NCBI RefSeq assembly: GCF_036321535.1
Contig: NC_087436.1
Location: 74,030,001-74,094,000, forward strand
Direction of reading: 5' to 3'
Origin: Camelus dromedarius
Lineage: Eukaryota
DNA: 64,000 bases
Shown here: in pieces, positions 52,497 through 64,000 of the stretch
Position numbering within the stretch: position 1 is the first letter of the stretch
Layout of the letters: the number at the start of each line of letters is the position of its first letter
Program-made: the position numbers and the translations under genes
The notes under the pieces: generated by a model
Database searches by the model: none
Seen by the model: the letters and a program-made list of their open reading frames with translations, nothing else
What the model was told of the DNA's origin: nothing

Positions 52497-52649
52497 CGTG
52501 ACCATCAGATCCTTCCATTGACTTTAACGTATTTCTTGTTTGTTCTAGCTCAGACTGTGCAGATTTTAACTGCATCTTCAGCTTATTTGTAGTAGTTTCC
52601 ATTTCTTCACTTTTGTTTCGAAAATTCCTTTTTAAGACTTCATAGTCCT
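52497..52649 (-). CDS. CCDC158: CCDC158 exon: (E)DYEVLKRNFRNKSEEMETTTNKLKMQLKSAQSELEQTRNTLKSMEGSDGH
   Basis: tgtacag|AG ... CACG|gtacgc; 153 nt, phase 1-1. Confidence 0.93.
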
Positions 52650-53189
52650 CTGTACAACATAATAATCAATCATAGACAGTTACTTTTTTCTAAGCCATTG
52701 TTATAAAGTGTATTTTATTTGTAATTAATGATCAGAATTTTAGAGCTGAAAGAAACTCCATTTAGTTACATCATCATTTGTTACAGAAATTAGATGTACA
52801 TACACATTTCTAGGAATCTAACTTTTTTTAATTTGCTTGGGTGGGTCTTCTTTTCCTTTCCAGCCGGTGTAATTGGCTCACATCTATTTCATCTTGAGCC
52901 TTTTTAGATAGTCATATCCACCACAACAGTAGGTGGATGAACCTCTATCTGTAGGTAGAGGAATCTCCATGACATGATGAGTAACCTGAGGCTGCCTTGT
53001 GTCTTATCTGATTTTTCATCTCCAGTAACTATCAAAATACCTGATATTCGTCATTCATATACAAGAATACACACACACTTATTCAATTATCTATTTATTT
53101 ATATTTATATTTTTATATGTCATCGACAGATTTACATATAAAGGAAACAAAAAGAACCAAGACCTCTCTGCTGAGATCTGACTCTGTCT

Positions 53190-53990
53190 GTCCAGATATT
53201 TCCACATGGATGTCCTGGTGCCCCCAAATCAAAGGTCTCCACTGACTACATGTCTCGCCCTCCTGCCTGCAAGCCCCCCCCCACCTCCTGGTTTCCTTCT
53301 CTCAGGTGCTAGTATCATTGTTTTCCCTGTACTGCAAATTTAAAACCTGAAACACATACAGCCCCTATGATAATTAAGTACCATTGATTCAATCTCCAAA
53401 AATATCCTTAATTCTTTTCTCGCCTCTCATTCTCACTGCCACTGCCTCAGTTCAAGTTCTCATCATCTTTGCCTGGGACCACTGCAAAATCCTTAACTGG
53501 CTGGCCTCTGTCCCTTAAGGCTTGCCTTTCTTTTTACCTGCTGACACTGTCCTTCTAAAATGTAAATTTTATGACAACAATCTCTCATTTAACACCTTTG
53601 CTGGCCCCACACTGTCTGGCTCTACCTATCTATTCCGCCTCATTTCTTAGTCCTCATTCCTTTCACTTTTACTCCCACAAATACTTCTGAGGTCGCATTA
53701 TATTATTTCATGCCTTCACACTTCTGCTCATAATGTTCTCTCTGCCTGGACTGCCCTTCTACCTCTTTTTCACCTGCCAAATTCCTTTTCCTCCATCAAA
53801 CTTAGTACAGATGTCACCTCCTACCGGAGGCTGATTCTCCACCCTCTGCTACATCTGCACCCAGCACACGTCCACTGTGCCTCACCCACTGTACTATAAC
53901 CCGTTTACACAGGTCTGCTCCCACCTAGCCCGGGGCCTCACTATTGTCTCCGGGCCTGCCAACATCTGGCAACGTAAATGCCCACGAACC
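53190..53990. mobile_element. L2 LINE remnant
   Basis: atttccacatggatgtcc...ctgccactgcctcagttcaag...tgttctctctgcctggactgccctt...atgtcacctcct. Confidence 0.7.
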
Positions 53991-54460
53991 ACTTGGGGGT
54001 GTGTGTGTGACGTAAACGATACCTATACCACACTGATGGTGAACTAGGAGTGTTTCATTTTAAAATGTAAGGCCTTGGGTTTCTCTGTTTTAATACATTT
54101 GCATAAATTTGCATAAGTATTCACACGTGCTGCTTCATTATCAAACTTCTAATCAAAGCTATTTGACTCAAAAGACTCAAAGTTTTCATTTCCCTCACCC
54201 TTCTCTTGGAAACTCAGTAGAGAATTTCACAGACTCTGAGGGCTGATTGAAGTGAATGGTTACTAAGTGCAAGAAACAGAAGCACTTCAAGGAGAAGAAT
54301 CAGGATTTGGTGATGAAATATCTCCACTGGGGCAGCACGATTTTCCATGTTTGTAATGTGGGAAGAGGAATCATTTTTTTTGCAACAGTCCTAGTATCCA
54401 CCCTGAACCTCACTGAGAGCACTCCTATTCTTTAGCAGAATTTGAACGAGAGTAACATAC

Positions 54461-54650
54461 CTGTAAGACTGTTTAACTCATTCCTACTAGTTTTCACCTC
54501 ACTTAGTAAATGATCTCTCTCTTGTTTGATGTCCTTCACTGCACGGAGCCGCTCAGAGCCTGCATTCACCAGTTTCACTTTTTCCAGCTCCAAGTCACTC
54601 ACTCTGGCCTCCAGCTCCCGTATCTTTGCATCTTTTTTATCTTTCAAAAT
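54461..54650 (-). CDS. CCDC158: CCDC158 exon: ILKDKKDAKIRELEARVSDLELEKVKLVNAGSERLRAVKDIKQERDHLLSEVKTSRNELNSLT
   Basis: atttag|ATT ... ACAG|gtatgt; 190 nt, phase 0-1. Confidence 0.94.
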
Positions 54651-55249
54651 CTAAATATAAGTATAAAAACAAAAAACAGAGTAAGAAACAAAAAAATGTA
54701 TATAGTTAGAACTGACATCATATTAATATCCTACCAATATTTAATATTTTTTCACTATTTTCCAGGATATCGAATTTATATTTTATTATAAAGCAGCAAT
54801 AGTTAAGTGGAAACACAAAAGGAATAGTTTACCTTTCTTTTAACCTTAGATGTCATTTCCCAGTATCACTGGCCACAACCCTTCATTATTCCTGTTCTAT
54901 ATATTCATTCATTCAAAAAAATGCACTGAGCACCTGTTTTGCGCCAGGCCTGCTCTACATGTGGTGACAGCGTAGTGGGCGAGGCTGGCGAGGCCCTAGG
55001 GGAGTGCCTGCTTGAGCTCTGCGCTCAGGCGCCTCCCTGTCCTTCCCCTGCCCTGGCCGTCTCTAGCCGTAAACAAAACAATGTCCCTGTCCTCTTGGGG
55101 CTTTCACATTCTAGTGAAAGACAGACTGACAACAACAAATACTTAACAGCCAGATAATAATAACAGACAAACAAACAAACAAAAAGAATAAAAAGGTGAG
55201 GGGGTAGAGAATGACACGGGGAGGAGTTGCTACTTGAGCCAAGCTGGAA

Positions 55250-55602
55250 TGTGGAAGACAGCCTGACTGCTACCCTTCTGAAAGCCTGCAGGCCGGTCAG
55301 GAAGCCTGGATTTGGAGAGGGTTCCCACCAGTCTAATGGGTAAGAGTGGCCCGCTGTGCCTAAACTGTTCTGCAAACAAAATGATTTACGCTCAAGGCCT
55401 GCTTTCCTTTTGGGAGACTGCTCCCTTGCCTATATGACCAGCCCCCAATATAAAAACCCTGCACGTGCTTTTTCCTTTTGCTAATTTTGTTTTAGATGCT
55501 TCCAACGTAATAAATCCTATCCATGAGCATGACTGTCTGCTGAGTCCTGTGAGTCCTCCTAGTAAATGATGAACCTGGAAGTGGTCTTGGGGACCCAGAC
55601 AC
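55250..55602 (+). mobile_element. MER68-like ERVL LTR nested in an L2 remnant
   Basis: gagggttcccacca...taagagtggcccgctgtgcctaaactgtt...tgaccagccccca...gagtcctgtgagtcctcctag...gtcttggggaccc. Confidence 0.65.
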
Positions 55603-55962
55603 AGCTGGTCAGGAAAGGCCTCTTCGATGAGCAGAAACCTCAAAGCAGTGGAGCAACTTCCCCTCCCCCTCCTTCCCCCGCCTCTGAAAACCACAAATTT
55701 TGAATAAACGTTAGAAGTTGAAAGAAAAAAATAAGCTGTATGTGATTTGTCTCCTACTAGTTACCAGGCAGATACAGGTAACATAAAGCTTAGGAAATCA
55801 AATTTTTAAAAATTCCTTCAGTAGCTTTAAATTTTGATAAGTATTCATTGAGCATCTGCTGGGTGCAAGGCACAAAGTCATGGGGCAGAGATACAAAGAT
55901 GAATAAGATATGTATCCTGCTTGAAGAAGTCTGCAGTCTTACAGGGAAGAGGAGCCACTACT

Positions 55963-55966
<4 letters not shown>

Positions 55967-56008
<42 letters not shown>
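55967..56008. repeat. (AC)n microsatellite, about 21 units
   Basis: Direct reading of the sequence. Confidence 0.95.
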
Positions 56009-56011
<3 letters not shown>

Positions 56012-56595
56012 GCAATACAGAATGTGATCCAGGTTATAACAGGTATAAACAAAGTGTGGAATCAGGGAAAGGAACTAATATTATCTAAACATCTTCTACA
56101 GACCAGGAACCAAGCTAAGTCCTTGATATACATTTTCTCATTTAAGCCTCAAGTAACCCCATAAACTTCTGGGGTTTTTTGTTTTGTTTTTTGGTTTTGG
56201 TTTGGTATACAGACATAGAAGCCAACATTCAGCAAACAGTCCAGTGTTTTACAGTTACTGAGTGGTGAGAGATGGGGTCAAATTTAGGTCTGTCTGAAGA
56301 GGGAGAAGATACTTCTTCAAACTGTGGGATTGGGAAAGGCTTCATAAAGAAGCTGCATTTTCTGATTTTTCTCTGAATCTGGAATTCTGCACCATTTGGA
56401 GGCCACTCCTTTTGAAGTCTAACAAAAGAATGGATCCTTTCTAACAAAAACACACATTTGCACCCTGACACAAACACTTTTGGAGTGTCCACAACTGTCC
56501 AACAGAACCTCCTTCCAGGAAATGAGGTCAACCTCACCCAGGGGAAAAAGGTATTCCAGCAGCCAAGTCCGGAAACCCCGGAACCCCGCACAGAC

Positions 56596-57078
56596 CTTGA
56601 CCTCCTGCAGCTCCAGCCTCCGGTCGTTGATCTCCTTCTCCAGCTGGGCTTTCTCCACCTGCATGGCGCCTGCCGTCCGGCCGTGCTGGCCCACCAGCTG
56701 CGTGATGTTTTCGATCTGCTGGCGCAGGATCTCGATCACTCTGTCCTTCTCTGCCATCTGCAGCCTGAGGGCCTCGCACTCCGTCTGCACGTTCCTGAGG
56801 TGGTCCCCTTCATTCTTCAGGTGCTGCAGCTCCTGCAGCTTCAAGTCCACGCGGGAGCGCAGCTTCGTGATCTCTGCATTGGTGGCTTCGATGGCCCTCT
56901 CCTTCTCCTGTAGGGAAGCCGTCAGGTCCGACACGGTCCTCTCCGAGCTCTCCAGGGTCATCTTCTTGGCTGTCAACTCTTCCACTACCTTGCGGAGCAT
57001 CTCTTTGGTGGATTCAAGCTGAGCAGTCAAGGAGGACACTTTTTCTAGACTTTCATTCTTTCCCTGAATTGCTGCCAT
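56596..57078 (-). CDS. CCDC158: CCDC158 large coiled-coil exon: MAAIQGKNESLEKVSSLTAQLEST...EINDRRLELQEVK
   Basis: caatcag|ATG ... AAG|gtctgt; 483 nt, phase 0-0; heptad-rich, matches recalled CCDC158. Confidence 0.96.
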
Positions 57079-58202
57079 CTGATTGTTAAAGAAGAGAAAT
57101 TTCATGGATTTGGCAGAGGTAGAGGCCTTGAGAGATACGACAAATTAGTTCAAAAACATGAAATCATGAATCTGATAATGCTTCAGGTGGTTTTGCTATC
57201 AGACTTCATACAGATCACAGACTGACGAGTTAATTAGACCAACGTGGAGAGGCCTTGATTAAGTAATAACGCTCCTCCAGAAAAGTTTTCTAGGGTGGGG
57301 AGGAGTCTGGCAAGTTTCCTCGGAGGATGTTTTCTGTACCAATTTAAGTTTGGACAACAGGCAATAGGGGGAAGTGTGGGATTGAAGACAACAGCTCTAT
57401 TTCCCTGCAACCTGCCCATTAATTCTGCTTCTGAGGGAAAAGTGAATAATGGCTTTTATCCAACATACATTCTCTGGTCCTTGTGCGGAAAAGAGTAAGA
57501 TTCCAACTTCCAATCACTCCTTCCGTCTTTATTCTTGGCCAGGTTGGGCCAGAGAATAAAGAAAGGGCTTTGCCAGGGGCTAAGCCAAGGCCCTTTGGTT
57601 TGCTCTCTCAGCTGGGGAATCTTACTCTTTGGTTTTTACACATGGTCTCTGTGGTAACTACTGACACTGGAACCATGCCCTTCCAGTACTGAAGGTCCCC
57701 TGCTGTTCATAAAGCATCCCACATCTCACCACTGGTGCACTGAAATGGAGGCCACCCATCCTGCATGGGTATCAGTCCTAGTCAGTCTGGGGGAAAAGGA
57801 GAGGAAAGTTTCTTTTGAGGGAAAAACAAAAACAAACAAAAAAAAAACATCTGTTGGAAACCGTCAACCCTGCTGTTCCCCAGATCTCCCCATGGTTTGA
57901 TGCTTTTCTGAAATAAGCAATTATTAGGTTTCCAATTTCTAGACCAAAGTGAAAAGGCAATTGGATGGGAGCTTCATTACTCAACAATGTACAAAAATGA
58001 GATAAAGCTTAACGTTTTTAATGTAACAAGTGGTTAACAATATAGAAATAAACAACAGGTCTTTATCACTTGCTCACAGAATCCACAGCTCTACTTTAGA
58101 GCTATTTTAGGCGCACGCGTTTTAAACAAAAGCTCTACCAGTAAGACACAGAGTGCATTTTTCCCGGGAGAGACCCTGGAGGGGCTGCCCAGCCCTGCTG
58201 AC

Positions 58203-58400
58203 CTGCCGCTCCATCTGGCCCTGACACTCGCTCTTCATGGCCTTGAGGAGGGCTTCCAGGCGCTGCACCTCCATGTTCCTGTCATCCAGCTCCCGCCGCA
58301 GGTGGTCGATGGTGATGCTGTTGCCCGTGTCTCGGTCCCACAGACGCTTGTTCTGCTCCTTCTCCAGACTCAGCTCCTTCTCTCGTTTATGGAGATCAGC
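58203..58400 (-). CDS. CCDC158: CCDC158 exon: ADLHKREKELSLEKEQNKRLWDRDTGNSITIDHLRRELDDRNMEVQRLEALLKAMKSECQGQMERQ
   Basis: cttgtag|GCT ... CAG|gtcagc; 198 nt, phase 0-0. Confidence 0.95.
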
Positions 58401-58861
58401 CTACAAGAAATGAGGTAAGCTTTTCCCCCTAGTATTAAACAGTTAAAATAAAACCCAGTTTCCCTTACATCATCTTTGGAGTTTTTATGTGATTTGAGAA
58501 GCCTTTGATTTTGGAATCTGATTCCTTTTTAATGGCTTGGTTAAGAACAATGATTTCTTAGAAAAATAACATTTTATTCACTTATAATTTCTAGCATTAT
58601 AAGTAAATCTCAACAGACTAGACCCCAAATAACATATAATGAAGTGGAAAATACTGTAGATTTCTGAAGTCATCCTGTTTTCAATTTTCTAACAAAGGCA
58701 TTATATTTCACGTCAATTGTATTCCTTTAACAAAGAAATGCTCAAAAGCTTGAAGGAATATCAATAGTAATTTGGTTTACTGCTTAAGAAATGGCAGGAT
58801 AGCGTTCAGTACTGGGATTGGATTAGCAACTGGGCTGTGAATAGAATGACCTCCCTCTTCA

Positions 58862-59530
58862 ATCACTCAAAAAATACATAGTGAGTGTTTACTGTTGGCA
58901 AAAACTCCATGGTCAGAGAAGGAGAAACAAAGACACAGATCTTTAGAGGACTTATCACCCGAGAGAGAGAAGACACAGACACAAATAACTGGAGGTGTTT
59001 TTTCATTAAAGAGACAGAGGGACAGCAGAGAAAAATCTCTAAGGAGCTCAAAATGCTTCAAGAAGGCATTTGAGCTGGACCTTGAGAACAGCTTGGAGAT
59101 GCAAAGATGAGGAAGGAGGGACTAGAAAGGAACGCATGAGGTTTGCTCGGAGCACTGGGTGTATGTAGAGAGAGAAAGGACTGGAAAGGTAAGCTGGAGC
59201 TAGACCATGAGCAGTTTTGAAAAGCAGAGAGTCTGACTTTATAGGATGAGTAATTTGGGGGTGGGAGATGCACTGGGAGCTGTATTTCAGAAAGATGAAT
59301 ATAGGCTGGACTGAAGAGGGGAGAAACTGGAGTTAGGAACCAAGTAAGGAGATGCCGTCCTGAATGAGGGGCCTGGATGAAGCAGTAGCCACAGCAAGAA
59401 TGAAAAGGAGCGGATGGGTCTGAGGATCTTCCAGACAGTGAATCTCCAAGATTTTCAAAATAGATACGAGGACATTGGGAAGCACACAGTAGGAGAGAAA
59501 GATCTGAAAGATCATCCGAGGTTTAGAGCT
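58862..59530. mobile_element. L2 LINE remnant
   Basis: atcactcaaaaaatacatagtgagtgtttactg...gcatttgagctggaccttgag...tgtatttcagaaagatgaat. Confidence 0.6.
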
Positions 59531-60159
59531 TCTCGCACACCGTTGCCAGCTCTACCTTTAGTGCACACTTGGGAAGCCCCTCGTCAGCCTGTGAAGGATG
59601 GCCCTACCTAGAGTGGGGTTTGCTGGGGAAGAGGAACTTACTCTGCAGTACCTCTAATAAATATCACATAAAGGGGTACCAAACATGTCCTTTCCCACAT
59701 TTCTCAGCCTGGGGTGCCTCTAACAGAGGGCAGAGGCTGGTTCACTACTATCAGAATCCTATTTTCTTTTTTTCAGAACATTTTTTTTTTTACCTAAACT
59801 TGCACTCAAATTTCCTTTATACATAATTTGTATGTGTCTTGAATGTTGTTTGGCTTTAAAATGAACACTCAACAAACTTCAATTTAGAAGCATGAAGTAC
59901 CTAACTGAAAGACTATGGCTGTCCCAAGATCAGCTTCACCTAACTTTTAAGTCATTACTGTTCCGCTTGAGGAAAAAGAGGTATAGAGTATTATATTTTT
60001 ACATGTAAAACTTGAGTGGTGTCTAGGATACCGTGCTATGTATATTTGAACAAATATGTTGTAAAATTTGTAACATTACCAATGAAACTAGTTTTGGGAA
60101 GTATTATGGTAAAAACTTCCCAGAATCAATCCCATTCATATTTTAGAGCATCATCTTAC

Positions 60160-60279
60160 CAAGAGCTTTTGAAGTTGATCGTCCAGATTTCCAGATTCCT
60201 GACTGAACTGATCACGTTCCGTCCGTGCTTCTGTTAACTCTGAGTTGGCAAGAACTAACTGCTTCTCCAGCTCTTCTAT
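60160..60279 (-). CDS. CCDC158: CCDC158 exon, most 5' in the window: IEELEKQLVLANSELTEARTERDQFSQESGNLDDQLQKLL
   Basis: ccttttag|ATA ... TTG|gtaaga; 120 nt, phase 0-0; no further upstream exon found in 60280-64000. Confidence 0.94.
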
Positions 60280-63200
60280 CTAAAAGGAAAGTACAAATCT
60301 GTCTGACTATGTCAATGGGTAATATAAAATAAATACAGTCTTTGGAAAACAAATGGTATTATTTTGGGGGCAAAAATAAAAGTTTATTGTGAAGTGTTTT
60401 GCAAAGTTTTCTAAACTTAAGATCTATGTAGAATTTAACCAGAGAAATTGACCAAAATGAAATATTTGGTACTCTTAGATTTAGCCGTCATCTGTAATGC
60501 ACGGCTCTCGTTTCATTCAAGGTTCATTTTCTGTGAATATGTGTTCTATAATGTGGTATTTAAGGAAGCTTGATGTGGCATAAATAACACTCTGCAGAGC
60601 CCACACAAATGAACTATATTATACTTAGCAGAGCTATGCTGTTTCAGAATATCAGTTTCAATAATAAAAGGCATTGAATATAAGAGAATGAAGGGTGATA
60701 ACAAGTTTATAGCCACTGTCAGTATTTTATAGTCACTCTACTTTAAAAGGATAAGTGAGACTATTGCTATGTAGTGATAACTGATCTTTAATATCATACC
60801 CACGGTAATATTCCATCATCCACTTTCCAATAATAAGAAACCTCTCATGTCTGCACAAATGCTACATATTCCTTCTTACGTCTAAGGGATCTGTCAACAG
60901 GCTTCCAAATCTACTGTCAACAATAAAACTTACTGATTGGTTTGGGTGATAAACTGTGATTAAATCTTCTTAGAGAACATATGGATGAGACTAACTTTTC
61001 TTGAAGACAATTTTAAAGTGGACTAAGTTCATTTAAGATCTTCATTTATTAATTCAGCACATACTTATTAATCATATTATACACAGCCATATCTGCAACT
61101 ATCTCTTTGATAAATGGTATAAGTATGAATACATAGAAGTTATACATCATATATATATCTCCTAATCTAATCATACACACATGACTTAAGAAAATACTAA
61201 TATAGGACTATCAAACAGTTTCACATCTACTAACAGAGGAGTATCACAGCCTACAGGGATCAGAATATAAATTTTAATATTTACATTGGATGTATTTTAA
61301 AACTGACTTTGCTTTTGATTGCATGTTATATATAAAAAAAAAGTTTCACAGGAATTAGGTAAAATAATCTGTGACCTACAGAAATGTGCTCAGAGATTCT
61401 AATAATCCTACAAAGAAGTAGTTTCATTCTTATGCTCCTTGGGGGACATATACAGAGAAAAGCCCTATAACAGTTCAACCTCTGCAGCACAAGAAGCTTC
61501 ATGAGAAAAATGAGTGAATAATATCAGTTGATACAACCTTCTCAGCTATGTTATTAGGAGAGCCTAAGTTAGCCCACTTTGCAAATACATTAGGAATACT
61601 TAGGAAAAAAGCCACAAACTTTTACTTTGAGTAGACAAATGTGATCAGAGAGGCAACACCTTGGATTCTGAACCAGCTTCTGTCACATAAGCTCTCTAAG
61701 TCTATAATTTGAGTCTAAATTATAATTTTTCATCTATAATTTGAAGAGTGTTCTAGATGATCTTTCAAATTCCTTTCATTTCTGCTTCTAATACTTTTTC
61801 ACACAAGATCAGTATTAATAAGGCTGAAATTCTGTTTTCCATTGTCTTTGGAAACAAAATATGGTCAAAGGAGCCACATTTTGAGCTATAAATTTAACAA
61901 GAACACTTTCAATTTGAAAAGTTGCTCATATGACTAAAACAAACATTTCCTACTCCTACTCTGGCACAAAACCATTTCTGTCTTTGACCAAAGTATTTGT
62001 AAATGTGCTTTAAAACCTTAAATTAAGACTCGCAATTTTATGTCTGTTTTCACTTTTTAAAAAATTCTGGATAACCATTTGATGTTAAAATCTATAATAC
62101 CAAAATTTTGAAAAGAAGAAAAAAAGAAAAAAAAAAGAAAAAGAGCCAACTCTTGTCTTTCCGTCTAAGCTTAATATCAGAAGTTTCTCCAGACCCCTGC
62201 AGGAACATGTTTGTAGTTGTCAGTACTGACTCAACTGCTATCGCTCTGCTTTTACCTTTCACTTTTTAGAGTAAAAATATTTATATTGATTAATCAATCA
62301 AAAGATAAATGGAGAGTGAAAGGGAAAACCATTGAAGTAGCAGCTGAGCTGATACAAACAGCTGTAAAAAGCACTATGAAGAAAAGCCTTTTAAAATGTC
62401 CAGAATAAATACCGACATCTGAGATATAGTAAAGATTTTTTCTTTCTCTTTTCTTTTTAAGTAGCAGCACTGGTTTTCCCTTTCACCATCTATGAATCTA
62501 CTGTTTGTTTTGGATCACTGGACAAATAAGTACTGGGATCTCATTCTAAAATTACGGTCATTTTAGATATTACCAATCATGCCAAATTGTATCTTTTGTT
62601 TTCTGTGTGCAAAAAGACACAGTTATGGGATAACAAGGGATGCTGCAGGTAGGCATGGAGGTGCGTTGGCAGAACTATGCAAAGAGGTTTGCACAGAATC
62701 TTCCCGTACCGTATATAGCTCCAGCCAGTGCTACTAAATCTTCACTTTATGAGTACGAAATTCAGCCCCAAATGCTTTCAAAGTATGAAAAATAAACTTA
62801 GAATCAAGATCATGAGATATTTTTGTTGTCAAAAAGCGAAAGTTAAGAGTAAAGCCAAATCTACAGAGCCAATAGTGACAGCTTCTACTGGTCCAAATTC
62901 GTATAGGGGAATTCTGGAGGTTCTCCTAAAATGGAAAGAGAAGAATAGAAAAAAAAATACATTACAGTAAAACACTTTTGTACATCCAAAAGCTATGTCT
63001 AAAATCTTTGAAACACAATTTCTATTTTCATCAATATGAACATATTTTTATATGAAAAGAAACACTGTCCTAAGTAAGTTTTCTCTTAATTCATGCATTC
63101 TAGTTGGAAAAGTTTTGTTCAGACCTGTCATGCCACCAATTTTAAAAATAGTAAACACTTTTTTCTTATGGAATCTGACCTCTGGAGAAATATGGCCTGC

Positions 63201-64000
63201 CTCTCATAAAATACGTTTATGTATAATATCAAAATACCCCTATAAGTTTCTTTTCTCACAAATCTCATTTTTTATCATAGCTTTTAAATATTTTTTTCCT
63301 TATTGTTATTTGGACAGTATATACTAAAATGTGCACTGAAGCAGTGGAAAATAAAATAGACTTTAAAGTTTTAATAGGCTTTAGCAATGTAAAGTCAAAG
63401 TACATGAAAATGAAAGAAATTAAACAGAATCTGTGTTTCCTTAGATTCTATATTCAATTTAATACAACAAAAACTTTTCGTAACAATAGAATTTTTCATG
63501 AACCCAAAATGCAAAATTTTTTAAACTTGCTCAGTTACATCATATATTAATGTCTTTCAGGATGGTGTATACTCAAATCTGTATTAATATGGCAGGATAA
63601 TCATCTCTCAGTGTCCCCTGACTAAAAGGAGTTACTATTAAGAGAGCCTAGTTAACCATCAACTAGGTGCCAACTCAGTTAGATTCAATATGCTTTATTG
63701 TAAGTCTCAGTGATCTGGATTAAAATTAATTAAACTAATATGTCCCCTTTATTTCCATTAAATATTGACTTTGAGACTCAAAATTCTTGGTGATCCATTG
63801 TTTACATCACAGCAAAACAAAACAATGAGTATAGTATTATGTTTGTATCTCTGTGACCTCAAGAAACACTTACCTAAAACGTGTGCAGTCATTTATCTGG
63901 ATGCTTATGCTTCTACTCTGCTAAAGAGATAGATGTTTACAAGCACAAAAGCTATTTTTCTACTGTTTAGGTGTTAGTATTTGTCAAAATTTCCCACCAT

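Noticed and set aside
56458..57022. 151-aa and 180-aa plus-strand ORFs
   Set aside because: Antisense shadows of the GC3-rich CCDC158 exon
1..64000. CRISPR array, operon, defence system or intact retroelement ORFs
   Set aside because: Mammalian intron-exon DNA; no regularly spaced repeat-spacer array, and all L1 and LTR copies are truncated or interrupted by stops and frameshifts

Overview
Mammalian genomic DNA, probably camelid: it carries a Vic-1-like tRNA-derived SINE and matching young L1 3' ends. Two genes lie tail-to-tail. STBD1 (starch-binding domain 1, glycophagy receptor) is complete on the + strand: two coding exons, 16247-16454 and 18382-19244, encode 356 aa behind a CpG-island promoter. 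The 3' part of CCDC158 is on the - strand: 15 coding exons from 60279 down to the stop at 22750 give 755 aa in one continuous frame, and its 5' exons lie beyond the window. The rest is mostly interspersed repeat (L1, L2, MIR, LTR, hAT elements) and microsatellite. I find no prokaryote-style system and nothing I can call a new biological system. The most interesting observations are at gene-structure level: (1) an apparently missing in-frame CCDC158 exon in an intron with a palindrome cluster; (2) an (ATT)n microsatellite in place of the STBD1 exon-2 polypyrimidine tract; (3) a chain of minus-strand exon-like segments past the CCDC158 stop; (4) a local GC3/CpG spike in two CCDC158 exons; (5) an orphan promoter-like element about 4 kb upstream of STBD1. 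Gene identities, orthologue comparisons and repeat family names come from recall, not from searches.
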